Source: Patescibacteria group bacterium
GTDB taxonomy: Bacteria > Patescibacteriota > Patescibacteriia > 2-12-FULL-57-11
Direction: 5' to 3'
Length of the DNA: 64,000 nt
NCBI GenBank assembly: GCA_004297205.1
Contig: SCUL01000002.1
Span: 6,429 to 70,428 of the forward strand
Shown: piece after piece, positions 8,449-18,080 of the stretch
Numbering within the stretch: the first letter of the stretch is position 1
Layout of the letters: each line of letters begins with the position of its first letter
Made by a program: the position numbers and the translations under genes
The notes under the pieces: model-generated
The model's input: only the letters and a program-made list of their open reading frames with translations
What the model was told of the DNA's origin: nothing
Database searches by the model: none

Positions 8449-9167
8449 CGCCCGCGCTCCACGTCGACAACCTCGTCAAGCGCTACGGAGAAAAAACCGC
8501 CGTGGACGGCGTGTCCTTCACGCTCGCGCCGGGCGAGTTTTTCGGCTTCCTGGGACCGAACGGCGCCGGCAAGACCACCACCATCAACTGCGTCGTCGGC
8601 GTCACCAAGATCACCTCGGGCGCCATCCGCGTCTTCGGCCATGACGTCGTCACCGACTACCGCGCGGCGCGCACGCAGATCGGTTTGTCGCCGCAGGATT
8701 TCAACATCGATCCCTTCGTCTCCACGGCCAAGCTGCTCGACTACGTCGGCGGCTACTACGGCGTCCGCGCTCCGGAGCGCAAAGAACGCATCACGCGGTT
8801 GCTGTTGGATTTTGAGATGATGCCGTACAAGGACCAGCCGTTCCGGACCCTGTCCGGCGGACAGAAGCGCCGCGTCTCGCTGGCCCGCGCCCTCGTCCAT
8901 CAACCCGACCTGATCATCCTCGACGAGCCGACGGCCGGCGTGGACGTCGAGCTGCGCCGCGATTTGTGGGGCTGGCTCAAAGAACTCAACGCCAAAGGCA
9001 AGACGATCCTACTCACCTCGCATTACCTCGAGGAGGTGCAGGCGCTGTGCAGCCGCATCGGCATCATCCGGCAGGGCAAGATCGCTTTCCTGGGTCCCAA
9101 GGACGAGCTGGTCCGCGACGGCAAAACGCTCGAGGAGAGCTACCTCGAGATCACCGCACGGTCATGA
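8445..9167 (+). CDS. ABC-2 type transporter ATP-binding protein (YadG-like)
   Basis: GPNGAGKTT, LSGGQKRR, LDEPTAGVD, TSHYLEE; ATGA overlap with the ferredoxin. Confidence 0.95.
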   Translation: MTPALHVDNLVKRYGEKTAVDGVSFTLAPGEFFGFLGPNGAGKTTTINCVVGVTKITSGAIRVFGHDVVTDYRAARTQIGLSPQDFNIDPFVSTAKLLDYVGGYYGVRAPERKERITRLLLDFEMMPYKDQPFRTLSGGQKRRVSLARALVHQPDLIILDEPTAGVDVELRRDLWGWLKELNAKGKTILLTSHYLEEVQALCSRIGIIRQGKIAFLGPKDELVRDGKTLEESYLEITARS

Positions 9168-9925
9168 ACGTCATCGGCACCGCCACCCTCGTCCGCCGGG
9201 AACTCGACCGCTCGCAGCGCGTCGCCGTCCAGGCCATCATCACGCCGTGGCTCTCGGCCGGATTGTTCATGCTGGTTTTCGGCAAGATCGTCGGCGCCCG
9301 CATCGGCGACATCGGCGGCGCCTCGTACGTGGAATTCGTCCTGCCGGGCGTGCTCATGATGAACCTGCTGTCCGCGGCTTTCATGCAGTCCTGTTCGGCG
9401 TTGTACTTCCAGCGTTTTCTCAAGAACATCGAGGAGGTCCTGATCGCGCCGTTTTCCTACGACGAAATGATTCTGGCGTTCGTCTTTTCCGGCATGATGC
9501 GCGGCTTCATCATCGCGGCCGGCATCCTCGGCATCGGCCTGTTGTTCGGCGCCACCGGCGTGGCCCACCCGTTGTGGTTCGTTTTTTTTCTGGTCGTCGT
9601 GGCGCTGCTCTTCTCGCTTCTCGGCCTGCTCGTGGGTCTGTGGGCCAACGGCTTCGAACAACTGTCCCTCTTCCCGACCTTCCTGATCACGCCGCTGACG
9701 TTCTTGGGCGGCATGTTCAACACCCCGGAGATGCTGCCGCCGGCAGTCCGCCCGCTGCTCGCGTTGAATCCGTTCTGGTACATGATCGACGGGCTGCGGT
9801 ACGCCATGATCGGCACGGGGGACAGCAACCACCTGGTCGGCGCGGCGTTCCTCATCATCCTGGCCGCCGCCTCGTTTTTGCTGGTACGCCAACTGTTCGC
9901 CCGCGGCTGGCGGCTGCGGACGTAA
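9164..9925 (+). CDS. ABC-2 type transporter permease (YadH-like)
   Basis: Multiple TM helices; YVEFVLPG..MM, PLTFLGGMF, NPFWYMIDGLRY; ATGA overlap. Confidence 0.92.
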   Translation: MNVIGTATLVRRELDRSQRVAVQAIITPWLSAGLFMLVFGKIVGARIGDIGGASYVEFVLPGVLMMNLLSAAFMQSCSALYFQRFLKNIEEVLIAPFSYDEMILAFVFSGMMRGFIIAAGILGIGLLFGATGVAHPLWFVFFLVVVALLFSLLGLLVGLWANGFEQLSLFPTFLITPLTFLGGMFNTPEMLPPAVRPLLALNPFWYMIDGLRYAMIGTGDSNHLVGAAFLIILAAASFLLVRQLFARGWRLRT

Positions 9926-9950
9926 AACGTGCTATACTACCTTGCGTAGT

Positions 9951-11303
9951 ATGAAACGTCGTTCCGAGGTCTGCATCTCCGGGATGAGCTGCCAGGCCTG
10001 CGAAGTCAAAATCGAACGCGCCTTCCGCGCCTTGCCCGGCGTGGCCAAGGTCGACGTGAATGCCGCCACCGGCCGCGCCCACATTGCACACGGCGAGGAC
10101 GCGCCGAGCCTGGCCGACTTGAACGCGGCCGTGGAACACCTCGGCTATCGCGTGCAGGAAAAAACCGATCCCCCGAGCATGGTCGAGGGGCGACCTTCGA
10201 TCTGGCAGGTGGGCGGACTGGTTGCGCTCGTGCTTTTCCTCGGCTTCCTGTTCGGCAAGCTCGGCTGGCTGAACCTCGCGGGCAGCGTCTCCAACGCCGC
10301 CAGCTTCGGTTCGGTCTTCTTGGTCGGCCTGCTGGCCGCCAGCTCGTCCTGCATCGCCGTCTCCGGCGGGCTGATGCTCTCCGGCGTCACGTCGTTCGCG
10401 GCGCGCCACCCCACGGCCACGCGCGCGCGGCTCCTGCAGCCGATCCTGCTGTTCGTGACCGGACGTTTGGCCGGCTACGCGTTGTTCGGCGGACTCATCG
10501 GGCTGATCGGCCAAGCCATCGCGCCGCCGCCGCTCGTGACCGGCCTCATCACCGCGGCCGTGGCCGTCTTCATGCTCGTCATGGGGCTCGACATGCTCGG
10601 CATCGCGCCGTCGTGGTTGAAGCGGATCCTGCCGCGGATGCCCAAGGCGCTGGCGCATCGCGTGCTCGACGCGGAGGGCAACCAGCATCCCGCCATGCCG
10701 CTCCTGCTCGGCGCCGGCACGTTCTTCCTGCCCTGCGGCTTCACGCAGTCGCTGCAACTCTACGCGCTGACCACCGGCAGTTTCTTGGGCGGTGCAACGG
10801 CGCTGTTCGCCTTTGCGCTCGGCACGGCGCCGGCACTCATCGCGCTCGGCTGGGCCTCGTCCGCGCTCAAGGGCCGCGCCGGGAAATTTTTCCTGCGCTT
10901 CTCCGGCGCGCTCGTTGCCGTACTCGGCATCTGGAACGTCCAGAACGGACTGGCGGTGGCAGGTTTCGCCCTCCCCGAGTTCCGCCCGGCTGCTCCGGCC
11001 GTGCGGGCATCGAACGGCGTGCGGCTGGTCGACGGCCGGCAGGTCGTTGACATCGAGGTCACGCGCAACGGCTACTATCCGAACAATTTCACGCTCCAAA
11101 AGGACGTCCCGGCAACGCTCCGTATCGCCGGCGAGGTCAACGGCTGCCTCTCCACGTTCGTCGTGCCGAAGTTCGGCGTGCAAAAAGTGCTGGACCCCAA
11201 GGACATCACCGAAATCGCCCTGATGCCGTCGAAAGAAGGGAAGTTCACCTTCGCCTGCGGCATGGGCATGTTCCGCGGCCAATTCACCGTCACCGGCAGC
11301 TGA
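9951..11303 (+). CDS. HMA domain + TauE/DsbD_2-type membrane domain + cupredoxin-domain protein
   Basis: GMSCQAC HMA motif; [10 protein letters not shown] and FFLPCGFTQ membrane domain; C-terminal [10 protein letters not shown] cupredoxin motif. Confidence 0.88.
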   Translation: MKRRSEVCISGMSCQACEVKIERAFRALPGVAKVDVNAATGRAHIAHGEDAPSLADLNAAVEHLGYRVQEKTDPPSMVEGRPSIWQVGGLVALVLFLGFLFGKLGWLNLAGSVSNAASFGSVFLVGLLAASSSCIAVSGGLMLSGVTSFAARHPTATRARLLQPILLFVTGRLAGYALFGGLIGLIGQAIAPPPLVTGLITAAVAVFMLVMGLDMLGIAPSWLKRILPRMPKALAHRVLDAEGNQHPAMPLLLGAGTFFLPCGFTQSLQLYALTTGSFLGGATALFAFALGTAPALIALGWASSALKGRAGKFFLRFSGALVAVLGIWNVQNGLAVAGFALPEFRPAAPAVRASNGVRLVDGRQVVDIEVTRNGYYPNNFTLQKDVPATLRIAGEVNGCLSTFVVPKFGVQKVLDPKDITEIALMPSKEGKFTFACGMGMFRGQFTVTGS

Positions 11304-11304
11304 T

Positions 11305-13590
11305 ATGGCATCCACGACCAGGACCTATCCCGTCCGCGGCATGCATTGCGCGAGCTGCGTCCGGACGATTGAGACTGCGCTCGGCAAAGTGCCGGGCGTC
11401 ACCAAGGCCAGCGTGAACCTCGCGGCGGAAAAGGCGCAGGTCACCTTCGACGCTGCACACACTTCGCCCGCACAGCTGGCCAAGGCCACGGAAGACGTCG
11501 GCTATCACCTGGACGTGACAGAACCGTCTGCACCCGACACCCCACACGCTGCCCCCTCGCATCCTGCGATGGGCGAACCCGGCCACGATCACGCCGCCAT
11601 GCTCCGCGAGATGGAAGGCAAAGACATGCAGCGCAAGGTCTGGACCGGCATCGTGCTCTCTGCGGTCATTGTGCTCGGGAGTTATCCGCAATTTTTCCCG
11701 TTCCTGCCGGCGGCGCTCGCGGACGGCTATGTGCTTCTGCTGCTGACGCTGCCGGTCCAATTCTGGGTCGGCAGTTCGTTCTACGCCGGGCTGAAGCTCC
11801 TCGTGAAGCATCGTCAGGCCGACATGAACACGCTCGTCGCCGTCGGTACGTTGGCGGCCTTCGGCTACAGCCTGGCCGCGACCGTTGCGCCGCAATGGTT
11901 CACGAGCGGCGGTCTGAAAGCCGAACTCTACTACGACACCTCGGCCGTGATCGTCACGCTGGTTTTGCTCGGCCGCTACTTGGAAGCGAAAGCACGCAAG
12001 AAGGCCAACGAAGCAATCCGCAAATTGCTCGGGCTGCAGGTGAAGATCGCACACCGCGTGGTGGACGGTCGCGAGGAAGACGTGCCCATCGACGCCGTGC
12101 GCGTGGGCGACCTGCTGCGCGTCCGCCCCGGCGAAAAGATCCCGGTCGACGGCATCGTCACGGAAGGCGCGTCTTCCTTGGACGAGTCGCTCGTGACCGG
12201 CGAATCCCTTCCCGTGGACAAGGCCGTGGGCGACCGCGTCATCGGCACCACGGTCAACCAGACGGGGACGCTCGTGCTCAAGGCCGACAAGGTCGGCGCG
12301 GACACGGTGCTCTCTCAGATCGTGCGCATGGTGGAGCAGGCGCAAGCCAGCAAGGCGCCGATCCAGCGTCTGGCCGACGCCGTGAGCGCCATCTTCGTAC
12401 CGATCGTCTTCGGCATTGCGGCACTGACGTTCCTCGTGTGGTTCTTCTTCGGACCGCAGCCGGCGCTGACTTTTGCGCTCCTGAACACCGTCGGCGTGCT
12501 GATCATCGCCTGCCCGTGCGCCATGGGCCTCGCGACGCCGATCGCCGTCATCGTCGGCACCGGCAAAGGCGCGCAGATGGGCGTGCTCATCAAGGACGCC
12601 GCAGCGCTTGAGGGAGCGCGGAAGCTCACGGCCGTGGCCTTCGACAAAACCGGCACCATCACCACGGGCAAACCCGTGGTCACCGACGTCATCGGCCAAC
12701 GCGCCGAGGTGCTGCGCATTGCCGGTTCGGCCGAGCGGCACAGCGAGCATCCGCTGGCACGCGCCATCGTCGTTGCGGCCGAAGCGGACAAGATCGCACT
12801 CGCGGAACCGGCGGACTTCGCGGCCGTGACCGGCGCCGGCGTGCGCGCCACCATCGACGGCGCGTCGGTGCTCGTGGGTACCCGCAAACTCATGAGGGAC
12901 AACGGCGTTCGGGACGCGGGCTGGGACGAGAAACTCGCCGCCTTCGAAGCGCAAGGGAAAACGAGCATTCTCGTGGCCCGCGGGGGCGAGGTGATCGGCG
13001 CCGTGGCGATTGCCGACACCGTCAAAGAAACGTCCCGCGAGGCCGTGGCGCGTCTTAAGGCCATGGGCTTGCGCGTCATCATGCTGACCGGCGACCACGA
13101 ACGCGTCGCCGCGCACATCGCCGGGCAGGTCGGCATCACGGAATTCCGCGCCCAGGTACTGCCGGAAGACAAGGTCGGCGTGATCAAGGAACTGCAGGCG
13201 CAGGGCCTGCGCGTCGGCATGGCGGGGGACGGCATCAACGATGCGCCGGCGCTGGCCCAAGCCGACGTCGGCTTTGCCATGGGCACCGGCACCGACGTGG
13301 CCATGGACGCGGGGGACGTCACGCTGATGCGCGGCGACCTGCGGGCGCTGGCCGACGCCATCGACCTCTCGCGCGCCACCATCCGAAATGCCAAGCAGAA
13401 CCTGCTCTGGGCGTTCGGCTACAATGTGGTGCTGATTCCGATCGCGGCCGGCGTCCTGTACCCCGTAAACGGCATGCTGTTGAATCCGATCCTGGCGGGC
13501 GCCGCCATGGCGTTCTCGTCGCTGTCCGTGGTGCTGAACGCCCTTCGTTTGAAGCGCTGGCATCCGGGACGGCGCCAACCGCGGTCCTGA
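11305..13590 (+). CDS. copA: Copper-translocating P1B-type ATPase
   Basis: [35 protein letters not shown] and MAFSS motifs of Cu(I) P1B-1 ATPases. Confidence 0.96.
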   Translation: MASTTRTYPVRGMHCASCVRTIETALGKVPGVTKASVNLAAEKAQVTFDAAHTSPAQLAKATEDVGYHLDVTEPSAPDTPHAAPSHPAMGEPGHDHAAMLREMEGKDMQRKVWTGIVLSAVIVLGSYPQFFPFLPAALADGYVLLLLTLPVQFWVGSSFYAGLKLLVKHRQADMNTLVAVGTLAAFGYSLAATVAPQWFTSGGLKAELYYDTSAVIVTLVLLGRYLEAKARKKANEAIRKLLGLQVKIAHRVVDGREEDVPIDAVRVGDLLRVRPGEKIPVDGIVTEGASSLDESLVTGESLPVDKAVGDRVIGTTVNQTGTLVLKADKVGADTVLSQIVRMVEQAQASKAPIQRLADAVSAIFVPIVFGIAALTFLVWFFFGPQPALTFALLNTVGVLIIACPCAMGLATPIAVIVGTGKGAQMGVLIKDAAALEGARKLTAVAFDKTGTITTGKPVVTDVIGQRAEVLRIAGSAERHSEHPLARAIVVAAEADKIALAEPADFAAVTGAGVRATIDGASVLVGTRKLMRDNGVRDAGWDEKLAAFEAQGKTSILVARGGEVIGAVAIADTVKETSREAVARLKAMGLRVIMLTGDHERVAAHIAGQVGITEFRAQVLPEDKVGVIKELQAQGLRVGMAGDGINDAPALAQADVGFAMGTGTDVAMDAGDVTLMRGDLRALADAIDLSRATIRNAKQNLLWAFGYNVVLIPIAAGVLYPVNGMLLNPILAGAAMAFSSLSVVLNALRLKRWHPGRRQPRS

Positions 13591-13628
13591 CCGTCTCGGT
13601 CGGGCGCCGCGTTCACGCATCGACGACT

Positions 13629-14768
13629 ATGGGGCTGATGACGTCCGTGACCAGTCGTTCACGACGCCGGGTCGAAGAGTTGCTGGCGGGGACGGGGGTC
13701 GTGATCAACGGTCAGAACCCCTGGGACATCCGGGTGCACGACGACCGTCTGTTTGCCCGCGTCCTTGCGGACGGCTCCCTCGGCTTCGGCGAGGCCTACA
13801 TGGACGGTTGGTGGGATGCGCCCGCGCTCGACGACTGTCTGACGCGCATCTTGCGTCAGGGCCTGCGCGCCAAAGTCCGTCCCAGCGTGTCGCTGCTGAA
13901 AGACGCCATCGGCGCGCGCATCGCCAACCTGCAGAGCAAACGCCGCGCCTTCATCGTCGGGGAACGGCATTACGATGCCGGCAACGATCTGTATCAGGCG
14001 ATGCTCGACGCGCGCCTGACTTACACTTGCGGGTACTGGAAAGAGGCACAGACCCTCGACGAGGCGCAGGAGGCCAAGCTTGATCTGGTCTGCCGTAAAA
14101 TCGGCCTACGGCCCGGCCAGCGCGTGCTCGACATCGGCTGCGGTTGGGGGAGCTTCGCCAAGTACGCGGCGGAAAAGTACGGCGCGCACGTCGTCGGCAT
14201 CACCGTCTCCAGGGAGCAGCTCAAACTCGGACGGGAGCTCTGTAAGGATTTACCCGTCGAGCTGCGGCTTCAGGACTACCGCGACGTCAACGAACCGTTC
14301 GACCACGTCATCTCACTCGGCATGGTCGAACATGTCGGCTACAAGAACTACCGCGACTACTTCGCGGTGGCGCGGCGCTGCATCACCGGCGACGGGTTCT
14401 TCCTGCTGCACACCATCGGGGACAACGTCTCGAGCCGTTTCTCGGACCCCTGGATCGACAAGTACATCTTCCCGAACTCCATGCTGCCATCCGCCGCGCA
14501 ACTGGCGCGCGCCGCCGAGGGCCTGTTCGTCATGGAAGACTGGCACGGTTTTCATGCGTCCTATTACGACAAGACCCTGATGGCGTGGTACCGGAACACC
14601 GAGGCGCATTGGCCGCAGCTTAAAGACCGGTACGACGATCGCTTCCATCGCATGTGGACGTTCTACCTCAACGCCTGCGCCGGCCTGTTCCGGTCACGCT
14701 CCATTCAGCTCTGGCAGATCGTCTATTCGCCACGCGGCATCCTGGGCGGGTACGTGGCGGTCCGTTGA
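13629..14768 (+). CDS. cfa: Cyclopropane-fatty-acyl-phospholipid synthase
   Basis: GSLGFGEAYMDGWW, HYDAGNDLY, YTCGYW, VLDIGCGWG, GMVEHVG, WIDKYIFP, RMWTFYL. Confidence 0.95.
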   Translation: MGLMTSVTSRSRRRVEELLAGTGVVINGQNPWDIRVHDDRLFARVLADGSLGFGEAYMDGWWDAPALDDCLTRILRQGLRAKVRPSVSLLKDAIGARIANLQSKRRAFIVGERHYDAGNDLYQAMLDARLTYTCGYWKEAQTLDEAQEAKLDLVCRKIGLRPGQRVLDIGCGWGSFAKYAAEKYGAHVVGITVSREQLKLGRELCKDLPVELRLQDYRDVNEPFDHVISLGMVEHVGYKNYRDYFAVARRCITGDGFFLLHTIGDNVSSRFSDPWIDKYIFPNSMLPSAAQLARAAEGLFVMEDWHGFHASYYDKTLMAWYRNTEAHWPQLKDRYDDRFHRMWTFYLNACAGLFRSRSIQLWQIVYSPRGILGGYVAVR

Positions 14769-14816
14769 ACGGCGGAGTATGATGGACCTGTTACTTATTC
14801 ACAATGTGAGGAGGAT

Positions 14817-15086
14817 ATGAAGAATCCCAAGCTCATGCGCCATGCGGCGCTCGTCGGCGGCGTGGCCCTTATCCTGTACGTGCTGTGCCTGGCATACCGC
14901 CTGGTGCTCACCGATCCGCAGCTGGTCGGGCTCCACCTGCTTTCCCTGCGCCTTTGGTTCCCTGGTTTCCAGGCCATGGACATCGCGAGCATGCTCTGGG
15001 GCGGGTTGTTGAGCTTCGTCTACGGCTTCGTGGCCGCGTGGATCTTCCACAACGTCCACAAGGACTGCTGCGGCGTGAAGGGTTGA
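14817..15086 (+). CDS. Small two-TM membrane protein (DUF5676-like)
   Basis: GAGGAGG SD; LYVLC...H...L...FPGF....S...G...SFVYG pattern; C-terminal HKDCC. Confidence 0.7.
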   Translation: MKNPKLMRHAALVGGVALILYVLCLAYRLVLTDPQLVGLHLLSLRLWFPGFQAMDIASMLWGGLLSFVYGFVAAWIFHNVHKDCCGVKG

Positions 15087-15096
15087 GACGGGACAG

Positions 15097-15126
15097 AAAA
15101 AACGGGGCCTCGCGGTCCCGTTTTTT
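15097..15126. terminator. Bidirectional terminator
   Basis: AAAAAACGGGGCC-TCGC-GGTCCCGTTTTTT between convergent genes. Confidence 0.75.
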
Positions 15127-15139
15127 CTTGCTGCGGGAA

Positions 15140-15817
15140 TCACTTCCGCTCGTCCATGTACCGCACGATCCAGACGTAGGCCAGGATCATCTGCGGCCAG
15201 AACATGGCCACGTTGGAACTTGCCGTGCCCGGACCGGTCCAAGCCGAGGCCAGCCAGAAGTGCCAATTCATGCAGGCGCCGGCCAGAAGCGCGATGGCCG
15301 ACGTGATCAGCGCCGCTTTGCGCCACCGCTTGTCGCCATAGACGATCAGTGCCGCGGAAAGGGCGAGACCGATGCCGGCGAGCACCTCTCCCCACATCAC
15401 TGCCAAACCGAACAGCCTCGCGTTCGGAATCGCGACGCCGTTGAGGAAGGAGACGAACCACGGATAGGGGTTCTTGCTGGCGAAGAACGCCAGCGTCTTC
15501 GGCATGTCCGCGACGAAGCTTCCAGTGACCTTTTCGTATCCGGCGTGGAACCACAGATAGGCGAGTACCAGCTGCACGGCGAGCAGCGCCACCAGGTACA
15601 ACCGTTCCGGATTCAAACGCTGCGACGGTTTGGCCGCGCCGAGCCGCGCATACAGCGGGCAGATGCCGGTCGCCGCCTCGAACAGGAAGTAGAGGCCGAG
15701 ACCGCCGAAGAAGAGCCGGGCGATCGGGTTGGCGAATCCGATGATGGCCAGTCCGAGGAGGGTCAGGCCCAGGAATGTCCGGGCCAACCGCTCAAAGTTG
15801 CCGATGTTCGCTTTCAT
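15140..15817 (-). CDS. DUF2892 (YgaP-like) + DoxX/DoxD-like membrane protein fusion
   Basis: GGAGG SD; N-terminal NIG..ER..R...G...TGICPLY..LG (DUF2892); then WFHAGYEK...NPYPWF..FL....IPNA.LF...V.WGE (DoxX-like). Confidence 0.75.
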   Translation of the reverse strand: MKANIGNFERLARTFLGLTLLGLAIIGFANPIARLFFGGLGLYFLFEAATGICPLYARLGAAKPSQRLNPERLYLVALLAVQLVLAYLWFHAGYEKVTGSFVADMPKTLAFFASKNPYPWFVSFLNGVAIPNARLFGLAVMWGEVLAGIGLALSAALIVYGDKRWRKAALITSAIALLAGACMNWHFWLASAWTGPGTASSNVAMFWPQMILAYVWIVRYMDERK

Positions 15818-15868
15818 AGGTCCTCCCGTGGATAATGAATTGTCTGAAGTATACAACCGATGCCGTCG

Positions 15869-15930
15869 AAAAAGAATGGCCCTGGTAGAGGAGTTGCCGA
15901 CCAACTCGGTGTCGGCAACCCCAGCGACCA
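15869..15930 (-). terminator. Long hairpin/terminator after the M20 gene
   Basis: Minus-strand GGTTGCCGAC...GTCGGCAACT core extended by CTGG/CCAG and TGGTC/GGCCA, followed by TTCTTTTT. Confidence 0.6.
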
Positions 15931-17085
15931 TCATCGGTCCGTCTTCTGGCCGTCGACGAGTCGACAGAAAGCGCGAGCCAGACGCTCGACGCTCGCGGTT
16001 TCGACATGCTCATCGGGGCCGTGCATGTTCGCTCCTTTCGGTCCCCAGATGACTGCGGGCACGGACCACGCCTCAGCCAGCATCTGCGCGTCCGAGTAGC
16101 CCCCCTCGCCGGGATCCTCGTACGTTACAGACCCGAGGGTTTCCCGTTGTGCCGCTTCCACGATGGTGAGAGAGGAGCGATCTGTGCGGAACGAACCGAG
16201 GCGCAGCTCCGCTTCAACATGCAAGGAGGCCCCGACCGCCACGGCCGCGTCGGTCAGCACGCGAGTCACCTCTTCAATGGTGATTCCGGGAACCGTGCGG
16301 ATATCTATCAGGGCGCGGCAGGTGTCGGGGATCACGTTGCCGATATCGAATGATTCGACCCGCCCGTCCTTCCCGACGCCGCACTGCACCGACGAGACGC
16401 ACAGCGTCGGTTTCCCGAGTTCGGGATCGTTCATGGAGGATAACGTCGAGCGAAGCGCGGCGATCGACGAACTGAAAGCGTCGAAGGCGTTCACGCCGGT
16501 CTGTGGCCGCGCGGCGTGGCCGCGTCTTCCATGGATGGTGACCCGTAGCTCGAGGATGCCGCGACAGCCCGCGCGCAGTTTCTCCTGCGTCGGCTCTGGA
16601 CAGACCACGAGATCCGGCCGAAGATCGGCCGGTGCGGCGGCAAGGAATGTCTTCATGCCGGCGAACGAGTACTCTTCGTCGCAATAGAAAAGGGCGCCGA
16701 CCCCCGTGGCGCCGGTTGCTTCGGCGTGGCCCAGCGCGGAAAGGATGCTTGCGATGCCGCCTTTCATGTCAGTCGAACCGCGTCCGTAGAACCGATCGCC
16801 GACCGCCTCGCCGCGGACCGGCCTCGTCCACCCCGTCCCGTCGCGGACGACGTCCATGTGGCCGATGAAGAGCAGCCGGATCCGGTCTCCGGGTTTCGAT
16901 ACAAGAATGTTCTCGCGACCCTTTCCGACGAGAAAAGACCGGATTTCCCAGCCGGGGAGATCCGTCGCGATGATGCCTCGCAATGCCGCCGTCAGGCCCG
17001 CCTCGACGGGTCCTTCTGGCAGCACGGTGTCCGCATCGCTGGGGATGGCCACGAGGCGCCGCAGGTACGGGATGGGGTCGCGCAT
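15931..17085 (-). CDS. M20 family metallo-hydrolase (ArgE/DapE-like)
   Basis: Start MRDPIPYL; GHMDVV, YGRGSTDMKGG, CDEEY, EPT, GHAARP, SDA, GP...MHGPDE. Confidence 0.9.
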   Translation of the reverse strand: MRDPIPYLRRLVAIPSDADTVLPEGPVEAGLTAALRGIIATDLPGWEIRSFLVGKGRENILVSKPGDRIRLLFIGHMDVVRDGTGWTRPVRGEAVGDRFYGRGSTDMKGGIASILSALGHAEATGATGVGALFYCDEEYSFAGMKTFLAAAPADLRPDLVVCPEPTQEKLRAGCRGILELRVTIHGRRGHAARPQTGVNAFDAFSSSIAALRSTLSSMNDPELGKPTLCVSSVQCGVGKDGRVESFDIGNVIPDTCRALIDIRTVPGITIEEVTRVLTDAAVAVGASLHVEAELRLGSFRTDRSSLTIVEAAQRETLGSVTYEDPGEGGYSDAQMLAEAWSVPAVIWGPKGANMHGPDEHVETASVERLARAFCRLVDGQKTDR

Positions 17086-17104
17086 ACGTTTAGCAACACT
17101 CCTG

Positions 17105-17469
17105 TCAGCCCATCGGCTGCCCGTCGATGGACAGCGTGAGCAGTTCCCGCAATGTGCCCACGTGGGCATCGGCCGAGGTCTCTCCTTCGCCGATGCGGAT
17201 GGTACGCATCCCGGCCGACGTGGCGGAACGCCTCCGTGGAGGGCTTGCGGATGTCCGGTTCGCCGGTGAACAGCGCGGTTTCGACGAATTCGTATGCGTT
17301 CAAGAAACGCAGCGCGGCTTCCGCCCACACCCGCGGCGCCCCGGTGAGCACGGCGCAGCGGCCCGCCAGCGCAGAGAGCACCGCGCGCGCGTCGTCGTTC
17401 GGCGTGATGTACTTCTCGGGCGGGAGGTCCCAGGTGGCGGCAAAGGTCGAAGATGAATTTCTTCTCCAT
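17105..17469 (-). pseudogene. HAD-superfamily hydrolase pseudogene (pyrimidine 5'-nucleotidase-like) with two frameshifting internal deletions
   Basis: Three frame pieces: MEKKFIFDL / FAATWDLPPE...AVLTGAP.VWA...KPSTEAFRHV / AGMRTIRIG...TLRELL*. Confidence 0.75.
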
Positions 17470-17475
17470 GAGGGT

Positions 17476-18012
17476 CTACGCGACCTGCGCCTCCCGCAGC
17501 GCGATCTCGACCGCCTCTTCCGGCGTCGCGGCGGCCAACACCGGCCGGCGCTTGCGCGCGTCGATGAATTCTCCGGCAAGCTTTTGCGACCATCCGCCGA
17601 CACCCGTCAGAGCGACCATGGGGATGTTGGACTGGTAGGCGATGGCCAGCTCGGTGAGCGTGCCGGATCCGCCCGAAATGGCGATGATCGCGTCGCAGCT
17701 GTTCACCAAGACGAATTCGCGCCCGCCGCCGCGTTCCAATCCCGTGACGACGATGACGTCGGTATTGCCCTCCTTGTCCCAGACGTCCTTGCCCTTCCCG
17801 TAGGTCACGCCGACCGTCAAACCGCCTTTGCGCTTGGCGCCGCGCGCCGCGGCCGTGGAAAGCGAGTCGTAGTCTTTCTCGGCGCCATAGACGACGATCG
17901 CGCCTTTCTCAGCAAGAAGCTCGCCGACGCGTTCCGCCAACGCGGCGACGTCGGAAGAGTAGTCGAGGTCAGCGGCGGAACCCATCACGCCGATTTGGAG
18001 TTTGCGGTTCAT
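17476..18012 (-). CDS. TIGR00725/LOG-family Rossmann-fold protein
   Basis: IGVMGS, AARGAK..GGLTVG, VNSCDAIIAISGGSGTLTELAIAY; promoter TTGCCC-17-TAGATT at 18022-18050. Confidence 0.88.
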   Translation of the reverse strand: MNRKLQIGVMGSAADLDYSSDVAALAERVGELLAEKGAIVVYGAEKDYDSLSTAAARGAKRKGGLTVGVTYGKGKDVWDKEGNTDVIVVTGLERGGGREFVLVNSCDAIIAISGGSGTLTELAIAYQSNIPMVALTGVGGWSQKLAGEFIDARKRRPVLAAATPEEAVEIALREAQVA

Positions 18013-18051
18013 AGGGCCTTCAATCTAGCAAGTGTCGCCGGAGAGGGCAAT

Positions 18052-18080
18052 AAAAAGAGACGCCTGGTGTCAGGGCGTCC
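18052..18080 (-). terminator. Intrinsic terminator of the dipeptidase gene
   Basis: Minus strand GACGCC...GGCGTC followed by TCTTTTT. Confidence 0.6.

Noticed and set aside
15931-17469. 512-aa ORF as a single extended M20 protein
   Set aside because: The N-terminal 128 codons are mostly out-of-frame read-through of the HAD pseudogene; M20 similarity starts at 17085.
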